From an uncultured Methanosarcinales archaeon (lineage in GTDB: Archaea; Nanobdellota; Nanobdellia; Woesearchaeales; CAZYIM01): a DNA stretch of 39,167 nucleotides. The notes below the pieces were generated by a model that saw only the letters and a list, made by a program, of their open reading frames with translations, searched no databases and was not told the DNA's origin. Location: contig CAZYIM010000003.1 in NCBI GenBank assembly GCA_964647565.1, positions 67,045 to 106,211 of the forward strand, given 5' to 3'. Both the position numbers and the translations under genes were made by a program. This document shows positions 9,595 through 18,041 of this stretch, piece by piece (within the stretch, counting starts at the first letter, position 1; each line of letters starts with the position of its first letter).

Positions 9595-11132
9595 TGCATT
9601 TAATAAAAAAGAAAGAGAACTGGGTAATTCTCGCTCGCGACAACAGGTCTCCTCTTCTACGTAATGCTATTTGGACTTATGCATTTGCTAACTGGAGTAA
9701 CTGGACTGATCTTCCAAATTTAGACTTGGGTGTAATATCTAGAAACAATGATATTGATTACATTGGCCTGATGTCAACCTGGAATAAAAATTGTAAGGTT
9801 CTTTTTGCCAAAGCCAAGAAAGATTTAGCTGTGATAGACAAAGCAATTGAGAATTCTTTTTCAAACGGTATTGAAATGAACAAGTTCACAGCTTCTATAT
9901 ATGAAAAAGACCTATCCAAATGTACTGCAAAACAACTTGTATCTTATTATACAAAATTCGGAGAATTTCAATCCAAACAATATATGTTTGGTGCGTTGCT
10001 TCCTTTAATTGAGATGGAGGATGCTTTTGTTGAGTCCACTGTCAGAAAATTCCTGGAATCTAAACTTTCAAAGAAAAAAGCCACGGAATATTATGGAGTT
10101 TTAACTTACCCAGAACATGACTCAGAAGGTCAAAAAGGAGAGCTGGCTCTTCTCAAGCTTTATAGTGGAATCATAAAGGATAAAGATACAAAGCAAAAAC
10201 TGAAGCAGGAAACTCCTCTGGGCTTTGTTAGTTATTTAAAAAAATCAAAACCTTCTTTGTACGCTGATATGGAAAAGCACTCACGGCAACACTCATGGGA
10301 GTTCTATGTGTTTATGGGTCCTGGCTACAAGTCTGAAAATTTTGTTTTGTTGTTGCAGGATTATCTTGTCAGAAATATCGATCCAGAAGTTGAGTTGAAG
10401 CGTTTGTCTGAGAGGAGAAAGTTCATAGATAAGGGAAAGAAAAGAATTATTGCTCAGCTCAAACCTGATGCCTGGACTAAAAGAATGCTATTGCTTATTG
10501 GTAGGATTGTTTGGGCAAAACCAAGAAGAAAAGATTATCAATTCCAATCCTACTTCCATATTGAGAAACTCCAAAAAGAGGTCGGTAAAAGATTGAACAT
10601 CCCTCTTGACCTTGTTAAATCAGCTTCTATTGATATTATCAGAGACATGCTGCTTAAGAAACAGCCCGTAGATATTGAATTCTTAAGATCTTTGCTTCAG
10701 CTACATGTAGTTTATCCTAGCAAAGGTAAGGTGGTGCTTCTTTATGGAAAAGAAGCTGAAAAATTCATTAAAGATCAAGTAAAATCCTCTGGCGACGCAA
10801 AGAACCTGAAGAAAAATGAACTGACTGGCAGCTGTGCTTGTGCAGGTAAGGTCAAAGGTATTGTTCGGATTATAAACTCTATTGAAGATATGTCCAAGAT
10901 GGAATACGGGGATATCTTGGTTGCTTGGGCCACTAATCCTGCGATTGTACCTGCAATGAAAAAGGCGGCTGCAATTGTTACCAATGAAGGAGGTCTGACC
11001 TGTCATGCGGCCATTGTATCCAGGGAACTTAACATCCCCTGTATTGTAGGCACTAAGATTGCAACAGAGGTATTGAAGGATGGCGATATCGTAGAGGTTG
11101 ATGCAGACAATGGTATTGTCAAAAAGAAATAA
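9594..11132 (+). CDS. Variable N-terminal domain + phospho-His swivel domain protein (paralogue 8, 512 aa)
   Basis: [29 protein letters not shown] overlap with the ATP-grasp gene. Confidence 0.9.
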   Translation: MHLIKKKENWVILARDNRSPLLRNAIWTYAFANWSNWTDLPNLDLGVISRNNDIDYIGLMSTWNKNCKVLFAKAKKDLAVIDKAIENSFSNGIEMNKFTASIYEKDLSKCTAKQLVSYYTKFGEFQSKQYMFGALLPLIEMEDAFVESTVRKFLESKLSKKKATEYYGVLTYPEHDSEGQKGELALLKLYSGIIKDKDTKQKLKQETPLGFVSYLKKSKPSLYADMEKHSRQHSWEFYVFMGPGYKSENFVLLLQDYLVRNIDPEVELKRLSERRKFIDKGKKRIIAQLKPDAWTKRMLLLIGRIVWAKPRRKDYQFQSYFHIEKLQKEVGKRLNIPLDLVKSASIDIIRDMLLKKQPVDIEFLRSLLQLHVVYPSKGKVVLLYGKEAEKFIKDQVKSSGDAKNLKKNELTGSCACAGKVKGIVRIINSIEDMSKMEYGDILVAWATNPAIVPAMKKAAAIVTNEGGLTCHAAIVSRELNIPCIVGTKIATEVLKDGDIVEVDADNGIVKKK

Positions 11133-11137
11133 TTCTT

Positions 11138-11857
11138 TTATTTTTTTGCAAACTGCCACATGAAATTGAAGTATTTTCTATAAGCTTCTGCGATCTGACT
11201 GTTCTCGATGACAATCGCCATGATTGTATCTGTTGCTAATAGGATGACCACTATGTTGCCGCAGATGTCCATCATTGCAGGATTCTTGTATTTGTCAGGA
11301 AGAAATTTGATCTTCCATAATTTCTCTTTGTCTGATTGTTTCTCTTTTCTTCTATATTCATAATATAGGGCGTTGACCCATATATTCTTAGCAATCCTTT
11401 CCCTGTCCCATTTTATATGCCTGTGTTTTAGGAATTTTCTGTTTAAACCTGAGCCTCCTATTGCATAGATGGTTTCATTCTGAGCTAATATCATATTATA
11501 AGCTGCCATCACCCCTTCAGGCCCTTTGAAATAATGGACTTCTTGTTTCTCTTTTCTTGTATCATAGATATTCTTAAGCTCAGGCATCGCTTGTTTGACA
11601 CTCTCTTGCTTTGATTCAAGAAGTTTAATCAGATTTTCAGGATTAGATGCTTCATAATGCCTCTTGTTGGATATCATTACTGAATCTATCAATCCTTTGA
11701 TCTGCAATCTTTCGATCACATCATAGACATTGACCCTGTGAACTCCTGATTTTTTAGTAATCTCATTTATAGAGGCAGATCCCAACTTTAATAGTGCAAG
11801 ATAGACTCTTGCCTCGTTTACAGTCAGTCCTGCATCAAATAAGGCGGATATCTCCAT
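11138..11857 (-). CDS. TrmB-family transcriptional regulator (wHTH + effector domain)
   Basis: GLTVNEARVYLALLKLG...SGVHRVNVYDVIERLQIKGL...YEASNPENL; C-terminal AEAYRKYFNFMW. Confidence 0.9.
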   Translation of the reverse strand: MEISALFDAGLTVNEARVYLALLKLGSASINEITKKSGVHRVNVYDVIERLQIKGLIDSVMISNKRHYEASNPENLIKLLESKQESVKQAMPELKNIYDTRKEKQEVHYFKGPEGVMAAYNMILAQNETIYAIGGSGLNRKFLKHRHIKWDRERIAKNIWVNALYYEYRRKEKQSDKEKLWKIKFLPDKYKNPAMMDICGNIVVILLATDTIMAIVIENSQIAEAYRKYFNFMWQFAKK

Positions 11858-11881
11858 TTTGCTTATTAATTGTATTTCACA

Positions 11882-11935
11882 TATTTAAACTTTTTCAAAA
11901 TGTTGTAACAATTGTTACTACAAGGATATATATAC
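11882..11935. promoter_or_regulatory. Divergent TATA boxes flanking a 22 bp near-perfect palindrome (putative TrmB operator)
   Basis: Minus-strand BRE-TATA GAAAAAG-TTTAAATA (TATA at 11882-11889); TGTTGTAACAATTGTTACTACA at 11901-11922 with a perfect 14 bp core at 11905-11918; plus-strand TATATATA near 11927-11934. Confidence 0.7.
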
Positions 11936-11959
11936 TGGTTTCTCCTAACTGTTACTATC

Positions 11960-13525
11960 ATGAAGAAATCAAAATCCCTACTGAAAAAAACCCTTAAAAA
12001 CTTGAAAGATAAGCAATGGTATCATCAGCGATTTGACGGTAGTCCATATCTTATGCAGGCTATTGCAGAGAATGAGCTGAAAACTGAAGCTAGGAAGAAG
12101 AAAGTCGGTGGAAATCATACTTTACGATTCTGCTTCTTTGAAAATGATCGGGCAGACTGGTATATTATCCTGGACGATATAGATATGTGTACCAAGGCGA
12201 TGCTCAGAGTTGCAAAACAAGACCGTCTTATCAGTAAAAAGTTGCTAAAGGCGTGGGACGCTGATGATATTGAATTCTATAAAAAATGTAAAGAAATTAA
12301 AAAGCTAGATCTTAGCAAGCTGACTGATAATCAATTAATCAGGATCCATAATGAACTTTATGCAGCTATCTCAAAAAGGAATACTTCTAGTGCTATAATC
12401 GATGGTTTTGCACTTGGTTCTGATCAGGTTATAGCCAAGATGGTCATGTCTTTATTAAAGAAAAGAGGCCTTCAGGACAACTATCCTGAACTTTTCTCCA
12501 AGCTTACTGCGCCTACCCGACAGTCTTTCATAAATGAGGCAGAGATATCTTTGTTAAAGATCGCCAAAAAGATCCAGAAAAACAAGAGACTTTCTGAGTG
12601 CATAAAGAAAAATCCTGTGACAAAATGTATTCAACTTCTAGATAGGTTTTCCGAAATCAAATCTGCTCTAGAAAAACATGTTAATAAATATTTCTGGTCC
12701 AAGAATAACTATGTGATGGCATATTATCTTGATGAAAAAGCTTTCATGAAAGAGATAAAGGAGATACTTTCAACAGGTTTGGACATTGACGAAGAGATCA
12801 AAAAGATATCTTCAACACCCAAGAGAAACCAGCTTGTCAAGATGGAACTCTTAAAAAAGCTTAAGGTTGACAAATATCTCAAGACCTTGCTGACTATTTC
12901 AGACGATTTTACTTGGTGGCAGGATGAACGGAAGAAGGCTTCTTATTGGAATGCACATTACTCTACATTGTTATTGACAGCTATTGGCAAGAGAACAGGA
13001 TTTTCCCTTCATGAACTTAAATATATGTCTCCTTCAGAAATCAAGTCGGTATTTGAGAATCCTCTTCCGTTAAAAGAGATCAGGAACAGAATGTTCAAGT
13101 GTGTCTTCTGCTGGAAAGGATCTGAATTTGAAGTCATCACAGGTAGCGAGGTTGAAAAAATTAAGCATTTCCTTCTTGGAAATCAAGATCAATCTTCAGT
13201 CACTGAGATTGCAGGTCTTAGCGCTTCAGTTGGTAAGGTTGTTGGAAAAGTCAAGGTCTGTAGGAGCGCTACAGAGGTTGATAAAGTAAAACCTGGTGAT
13301 ATACTAGTAGCAGTCATGACCCGACCTGATTATGTAATGGGTATGAAACGGGCGGGTGCAATTGTTACTAATGAAGGTGGAATAACATCTCATGCAGCTA
13401 TTGTTAGCAGAGAACTCGGAATACCTTGTGTGATCGGTACTAAGATTGCAACAAAAATATTCAAGGACGGCGACCTTGTAGAGGTTGATGCAGACAATGG
13501 TATTGTTAAGAAAGTGGATGCTTAG
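11960..13525 (+). CDS. Variable N-terminal domain + phospho-His swivel domain protein (paralogue 9, 521 aa)
   Basis: ATG 11960 lies ~25 nt after the TATA (leaderless). [31 protein letters not shown] and WWQDERKK motifs. Confidence 0.9.
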   Translation: MKKSKSLLKKTLKNLKDKQWYHQRFDGSPYLMQAIAENELKTEARKKKVGGNHTLRFCFFENDRADWYIILDDIDMCTKAMLRVAKQDRLISKKLLKAWDADDIEFYKKCKEIKKLDLSKLTDNQLIRIHNELYAAISKRNTSSAIIDGFALGSDQVIAKMVMSLLKKRGLQDNYPELFSKLTAPTRQSFINEAEISLLKIAKKIQKNKRLSECIKKNPVTKCIQLLDRFSEIKSALEKHVNKYFWSKNNYVMAYYLDEKAFMKEIKEILSTGLDIDEEIKKISSTPKRNQLVKMELLKKLKVDKYLKTLLTISDDFTWWQDERKKASYWNAHYSTLLLTAIGKRTGFSLHELKYMSPSEIKSVFENPLPLKEIRNRMFKCVFCWKGSEFEVITGSEVEKIKHFLLGNQDQSSVTEIAGLSASVGKVVGKVKVCRSATEVDKVKPGDILVAVMTRPDYVMGMKRAGAIVTNEGGITSHAAIVSRELGIPCVIGTKIATKIFKDGDLVEVDADNGIVKKVDA

Positions 13526-13854
13526 TTATGTTTAATTCTAACTGGTACTTTACTAATTTGGTTCTTTGATTTTAATATTAGTTCGCTCTTGTGCAGTTTT
13601 TCTACCTTTTTACAAGGTATTTTCAATTCAACAAGCTGTATCTCTTTTGGCTTAAGCACTACTTTTTTTGGATGTTTGAGCAGATCATGCTCTTCAATAG
13701 TTATTGTGAGTTTTTTATCTGTCAGATTTGATAATCTTATCTCTTCAATTATGGTCTTATCATGATTCTTCTCTAACTCTATCTTCTTTGAAGTGTAGAT
13801 TGATGTGAAAAACTCATCCATTTCAGCGAAATCATAACTGAATTCCTTTTTCAT
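13522..13854 (-). CDS. Hypothetical protein (beta-rich, possibly Ig-like)
   Basis: 110 aa ORF with an ATGA overlap to the upstream minus-strand gene. Confidence 0.6.
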   Translation of the reverse strand: MKKEFSYDFAEMDEFFTSIYTSKKIELEKNHDKTIIEEIRLSNLTDKKLTITIEEHDLLKHPKKVVLKPKEIQLVELKIPCKKVEKLHKSELILKSKNQISKVPVRIKHN

Positions 13855-14747
13855 TTTTTCTTTTCTCCGGTTTTAACCTTTTCGATCTTGCCATTGTCAG
13901 TGTCAAATTTAATAACAGTGTCAATATCCATGTTGTGGATATTAATCTCCTTGTCTCCTAGCTGGAGTTGGTAATCCTGATCTGGCTCATGAAGATGGCC
14001 ATGGAAAACATCAATATCTTTTTTTGGATTGTGTTCTGCAATCTTCTCTAAGAGAGTGTCGTAATGTGCTCTTAATGGAGTAGGTAGTCTCTTATCGACC
14101 TTGAGACCCTCATACCAGTTCTCTGGTCGTGGACTCTCGTGCATAAGCACAACAATATGTTCTGTTTTCATGCCTTTGATTTTTTTTGCCAGCCTTTGAT
14201 AGAGCTTATTCTTGTTCATCTCTTCTTTTATAGCATCATATTCCTTTTCCTGATGCTGAGCATTAATTCTCCTGTCATGAGGAACATAGACAAAGGTTGT
14301 ATTGCCATCTTTTCTTATCTGGATATCATTTTTTATCTGTTCCAGAGCAGAGTTTTTGCCGCCAAAGAACTCATCAAAACTATGTCCTGTTGTCTTTTCG
14401 ACCTCTTTTCCTAGATTTTCATCACTGTTGCCTTCTATTGAGGTTATGGATGCGTGCCCTTTGAGCCGTCGCATATAGTCCTTGTGTTTTGCAGTATCTC
14501 TTGCTACTTTCCTGAACCATGATTTCTCAACTTGCTTGAATTTTTTCATGTCTCCCTTGAAATAAGCATCGATAGCAGGATGGTTGGCAAGATCTTCGGG
14601 ACCATTGGGTACAGCAGAATATAGTAACCAGTCTCCTGTTGAGCTTACTCTAAGCTTCCTGCTTGTTTTATTAGCTTCGTTGAGAAGATAGTCTGAAACC
14701 TTCTTGTGTCCGTGATGCAAGTCTCCAAATATATAATGAGTTCCCAT
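13851..14747 (-). CDS. Calcineurin-like metallophosphoesterase
   Basis: GDLH, TGDW, EGNSD, MHESP and HGHLH motifs in canonical order. Confidence 0.8.
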   Translation of the reverse strand: MGTHYIFGDLHHGHKKVSDYLLNEANKTSRKLRVSSTGDWLLYSAVPNGPEDLANHPAIDAYFKGDMKKFKQVEKSWFRKVARDTAKHKDYMRRLKGHASITSIEGNSDENLGKEVEKTTGHSFDEFFGGKNSALEQIKNDIQIRKDGNTTFVYVPHDRRINAQHQEKEYDAIKEEMNKNKLYQRLAKKIKGMKTEHIVVLMHESPRPENWYEGLKVDKRLPTPLRAHYDTLLEKIAEHNPKKDIDVFHGHLHEPDQDYQLQLGDKEINIHNMDIDTVIKFDTDNGKIEKVKTGEKKK

Positions 14748-14796
14748 GGATATATTCCTTTTTATAAAATGTGTTTATATATCTTTGCCTAATAAT

Positions 14797-14815
14797 ATAC
14801 TCACTCCGGAGTAGT
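14797..14815. promoter_or_regulatory. Palindromic motif between divergent promoters; second copy at 22742-22760
   Basis: Core ACTCCGGAGT. The reverse complement ACTACTCCGGAGTGAGTAT matches ACTACTCGGAAGTGACTAT at 16/19 positions. Confidence 0.45.
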
Positions 14816-14858
14816 TATAAACGAAAGATTTATAAAAGAATATTGCCTATGAATTGCT

Positions 14859-15575
14859 ATGGGATACGCAGAAACCGTTTGTACGGGAAATAATGGCAGA
14901 AGCCCTCTATCTGAAACCATAGGTAAGGATCATATAAGGAAAAAATATCCTGTTTTCGCAACTAATTTTAGCATGGTTTCAAGTGGAACACTAGCAGGAT
15001 TAGTTGAAAATTATCCATTCCCCATAGAACAATCTTTATTTCTTATGAAGACAGCTTACAAGAACCATGCAGTTACAGGTAAGTTTTACGAATTACCTGC
15101 TCAAGCCAAATTTGTAGAGCAATTATTGGATTTAGATTCAGAAAAGATTGCTGAAAAATATAAGCTTGACTTTGAATTCCAGATAACCCTGAATTCAATG
15201 GGCAAACTTACCCTTGAACGTGCCCACAAACACGAGCAAAAAGAGAGAGATGAATATCTTGCTAATATGGGTTTGAGTGTTGATGCAGACACAAGATATA
15301 ACAAACAAACCAAGCCCAGATCTGATGTAAGGATCGTCTGGGGTATGAAGCAAAGTAATGTTGACCAGATCAATGGAATCTATGCCAATTCTAAAATCAC
15401 GCCTCCAAGAGGTATCCATGTCATTACAGACTATGCCGACACAGAGCCTTTGATAGATGCATTCCTAAGTCCGGACAAGGAGAAGGTCTTCCATCTGTAC
15501 GACCAGATTGCAGATGCAACTAAGAAAGCCATAGATCGATTCATGGATGAAGAATTCTTAAGACATAACGATTGA
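14859..15575 (+). CDS. Low-molecular-weight protein tyrosine phosphatase / ArsC-fold protein with a large insertion
   Basis: N-terminal P-loop VCTGNNGRSPLSE (CX5RS), SSGT motif, and a C-terminal LIDAF where DP(Y/F) usually sits. Confidence 0.75.
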   Translation: MGYAETVCTGNNGRSPLSETIGKDHIRKKYPVFATNFSMVSSGTLAGLVENYPFPIEQSLFLMKTAYKNHAVTGKFYELPAQAKFVEQLLDLDSEKIAEKYKLDFEFQITLNSMGKLTLERAHKHEQKERDEYLANMGLSVDADTRYNKQTKPRSDVRIVWGMKQSNVDQINGIYANSKITPPRGIHVITDYADTEPLIDAFLSPDKEKVFHLYDQIADATKKAIDRFMDEEFLRHND

Positions 15576-15711
15576 AGGGCGCTCGCACTGCTTGATTAAT
15601 CGCTTATTTTTCCGATTCTATTAACAGAGCTAAAAATGGAGTGCGAGCTTGGCCTCAAGAAAAGATTTTTAAAACATAAATAATTTAAATGAATCTATAA
15701 CATCTATTATT

Positions 15712-16362
15712 ATGGATCAACTGAAGGCCATATTCTTTGACTGTTGGGGAACTTTGTTCTATAATAATAACAAGCCATCTGCGATGGTCAGGTTTGCTAA
15801 TCGTATAGGCAGAAACTGGCGTGACTATGATTACATGAAGCTCTATGAGAACCATTTCCAGACAGATAATTTTGAAGATGTTGAAGATAAGATTATGAGT
15901 TTTCTTGATAAGTTGGACGTTGTTGTCGAACCGGGGATGGTAGAAGAGCTTAAAGAGATTTATATGCTAAATTGTATTAACATAAAGGTATTTCCAGAAA
16001 CTAAAGCTGTTTTAGATAAGCTGAAGAAAGAGTATACAATCGCATTGATCAGTAACGTATCTGTTCAATCCTTTAATGCGCTCAAAAAGACGTTTCCAGA
16101 GATAATAAAAATGTTCGATGCTATGACACTTTCATTTGAGGAAGGCTGTAATAAACCGGTGGAGAAGATGTTTCTTTGTACATTAGAAAAACTCAAACTA
16201 AAACCTGAAGAGGCGATGATGGTAGGCGATCATTATAAGGATGATTTTCTTCCTTCTCAGGCTCTTGGACTAAAAGCTGTCTGCATTGATAGGAGAAAGC
16301 GCTTTCCAGAGTGTCCAATAAGGATTTTTTCTTTAGAAGAGCTTGACAGATATATCAAATGA
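15712..16362 (+). CDS. HAD-superfamily hydrolase
   Basis: FFDCWGTL, LISN, KP, MVGDHYKDD. Confidence 0.9.
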   Translation: MDQLKAIFFDCWGTLFYNNNKPSAMVRFANRIGRNWRDYDYMKLYENHFQTDNFEDVEDKIMSFLDKLDVVVEPGMVEELKEIYMLNCINIKVFPETKAVLDKLKKEYTIALISNVSVQSFNALKKTFPEIIKMFDAMTLSFEEGCNKPVEKMFLCTLEKLKLKPEEAMMVGDHYKDDFLPSQALGLKAVCIDRRKRFPECPIRIFSLEELDRYIK

Positions 16363-16815
16363 TCATTTCATGGTCTTCTTCTCTATATCTTTGATCTTGT
16401 CCAGCCGTCTGACGTGCCTTTCGTCACCACTGAATTTAGTCTCGAGCCAGATTTTGACTATATCAAGAACATCTTCTTCTGCAGTGACAAGTCCACCCAG
16501 AGTCAGGATGTTGGAGTCGTTATGTTCTTTGGCATACCTGGCATCATCAACAGATCTACAAAGAGTTGCCCTGATTCCTGAAAATTTATTGGCGACCAGG
16601 GTCATGCCAACTCCTGAACTGCATATCAAGATACCCTCACCCTCCTTATTGCTAACTTTTTCAGCCACTATAGCTGCAAAGTCAGGGTAATCATCTGCGG
16701 GTTCATAATCAGGATTTACATCCTCGACAATGTAATCCTTCTCTTCAAGAAATTTCTTGATTTTCTCTTTGAACTTAAAACCCCCGTGGTCACAGCCGAT
16801 AATAATTTTTACCAT
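16363..16815 (-). CDS. rpiB: Ribose-5-phosphate isomerase B
   Basis: GCDHGG, DYPD, ICSSGVGM, HNDSNILTLG, RHVRRL; start reassigned to ATG 16815. Confidence 0.95.
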   Translation of the reverse strand: MVKIIIGCDHGGFKFKEKIKKFLEEKDYIVEDVNPDYEPADDYPDFAAIVAEKVSNKEGEGILICSSGVGMTLVANKFSGIRATLCRSVDDARYAKEHNDSNILTLGGLVTAEEDVLDIVKIWLETKFSGDERHVRRLDKIKDIEKKTMK

Positions 16816-16837
16816 AAATTTCTTTATAGGCATAAAA

Positions 16838-16845
16838 TTTATAAA
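16838..16845. promoter_or_regulatory. Palindromic TATA box shared by rpiB and rpe
   Basis: TTTATAAA lies 22 nt from each start codon (16815 and 16868), with A-rich BRE-like flanks on both strands. Confidence 0.65.
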
Positions 16846-16867
16846 CTTTTTCCCATATTTAATACCT

Positions 16868-17497
16868 ATGATTAAGATTTCAATATCACCTCTGTTTGTC
16901 AGCAGCACAGATTTTCCAGAGAGTGTGAAAAAAATTATCAATGAATCTGCAGATTTTGCACATATTGATGTTATGGATGGTAAATTTGTTGAGAATACTA
17001 CATTTTCTTCAGAAACTGTAAAAGCATTGGAAGTTCGTGTTCCTAAAGATATACATCTGATGGTTGAAGAGCCTGAGAAGCTCTGGGAATCCTATGTTGA
17101 CGATAATACTGCAATGGTCTCTTTTCATATTGAGGTCTGTAAGAATCCTTCTGCTCTGTTAAAGAAAATCAAGGATAAGGGCATCAAGGCAGGGCTTGTA
17201 TTGAATCCTGAGACGCCTGTTTCTAAGGTTAAGGATTATCTTGACGAGGTTGACTATGTACTTGTGATGAGTGTCCACCCGGGTGCTGCTGGCCAAGGAT
17301 TTGTTCCTGGAGTCCTTGACAAGGTAAAGGAGATTAAGAAACTATGCCCTGATATGGATATAGAGATAGATGGAGGTATCAACTTTGAGACTGCTCCAAA
17401 AGCAGTTGATGCAGGAGCAACTATCCTTGTTGCGTCAAGCTTTATCTTTGAGCATGAAGATCCTATTCTGGCTGTTGATATATTAAGAAATATCTGA
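16868..17497 (+). CDS. rpe: Ribulose-phosphate 3-epimerase
   Basis: HIDVMDGKFV, DIHLMV, VMSVHPG, IDGGIN; start reassigned to ATG 16868. Confidence 0.95.
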   Translation: MIKISISPLFVSSTDFPESVKKIINESADFAHIDVMDGKFVENTTFSSETVKALEVRVPKDIHLMVEEPEKLWESYVDDNTAMVSFHIEVCKNPSALLKKIKDKGIKAGLVLNPETPVSKVKDYLDEVDYVLVMSVHPGAAGQGFVPGVLDKVKEIKKLCPDMDIEIDGGINFETAPKAVDAGATILVASSFIFEHEDPILAVDILRNI

Positions 17498-18037
17498 TTA
17501 TTCTTTTACTATTTCATATATTTTTTTACTTTTCTTTTTGATATCCTTCTCGTCTAGGCCAACTAGTTCGTGGGGGAAGATAGGCCATTTTTCAGTCTCA
17601 TGCAGTAAGAAGTCAGGTTGTATATTTGCTTTATTTTTATTAGGTTTGAAGAATAGGACTGCAATCTTGACATCGAAATTGTCAGGAATCATATGCCTGA
17701 TGGTCTGCAGGGTCATGCCTGTTTCCCAGACATCATCTACAAGAAGAATTTTTCTGTGATTCCGTCTTGAAGCAGTATTTATAATCTCCTTTAGACCATA
17801 TACCCTGATATTTCCAGTATGTTTCATACCCTCATATGAGTTTGCTTTTATGGCAGTATGCATGACATCTATTTTCTTGTATTTAAAGAACTCCTGGACC
17901 ACAATACTGATTGAAGCACCACTTCTCCAGATAGCGATAATAAGATCTGGTCTATATCCCGAGTTAACAATATTTTTAGCGAGCCTAAAAGAATCCTCGT
18001 AAAGTGAATTGGCATCTACAATGAGTGTTTCTACCAT
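17498..18037 (-). CDS. Type I phosphoribosyltransferase (purine salvage, gpt/hpt-like)
   Basis: PRPP-binding motif ILLVDDVWETGMT; IAIWRSG; WPIFPHE. Confidence 0.85.
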   Translation of the reverse strand: MVETLIVDANSLYEDSFRLAKNIVNSGYRPDLIIAIWRSGASISIVVQEFFKYKKIDVMHTAIKANSYEGMKHTGNIRVYGLKEIINTASRRNHRKILLVDDVWETGMTLQTIRHMIPDNFDVKIAVLFFKPNKNKANIQPDFLLHETEKWPIFPHELVGLDEKDIKKKSKKIYEIVKE

Positions 18038-18041
18038 TTTA

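Noticed and set aside
2706..11159. Recurring antisense ORFs over the swivel domains (e.g. 2706-3125, 4055-4318, 7071-7355)
   Set aside because: They are shadows of the conserved sense-strand coding sequence with no independent signals.
1..13525. Annotating the array as multiple PEP synthases, PPDKs or PTS enzyme I
   Set aside because: No gene has the C-terminal pyruvate/PEP-binding TIM barrel, and the ATP-grasp and His domains are on separate genes.
1..13525. Diversity-generating retroelement or integron as the source of variation
   Set aside because: No reverse transcriptase, integrase, template/variable repeat pair or attC-like spacer is visible, and the genes overlap directly.
16757..16941. 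Long overlap between rpiB and rpe as given in the ORF track
   Set aside because: Homology begins at ATG 16815 and ATG 16868, leaving a 52 bp promoter spacer.
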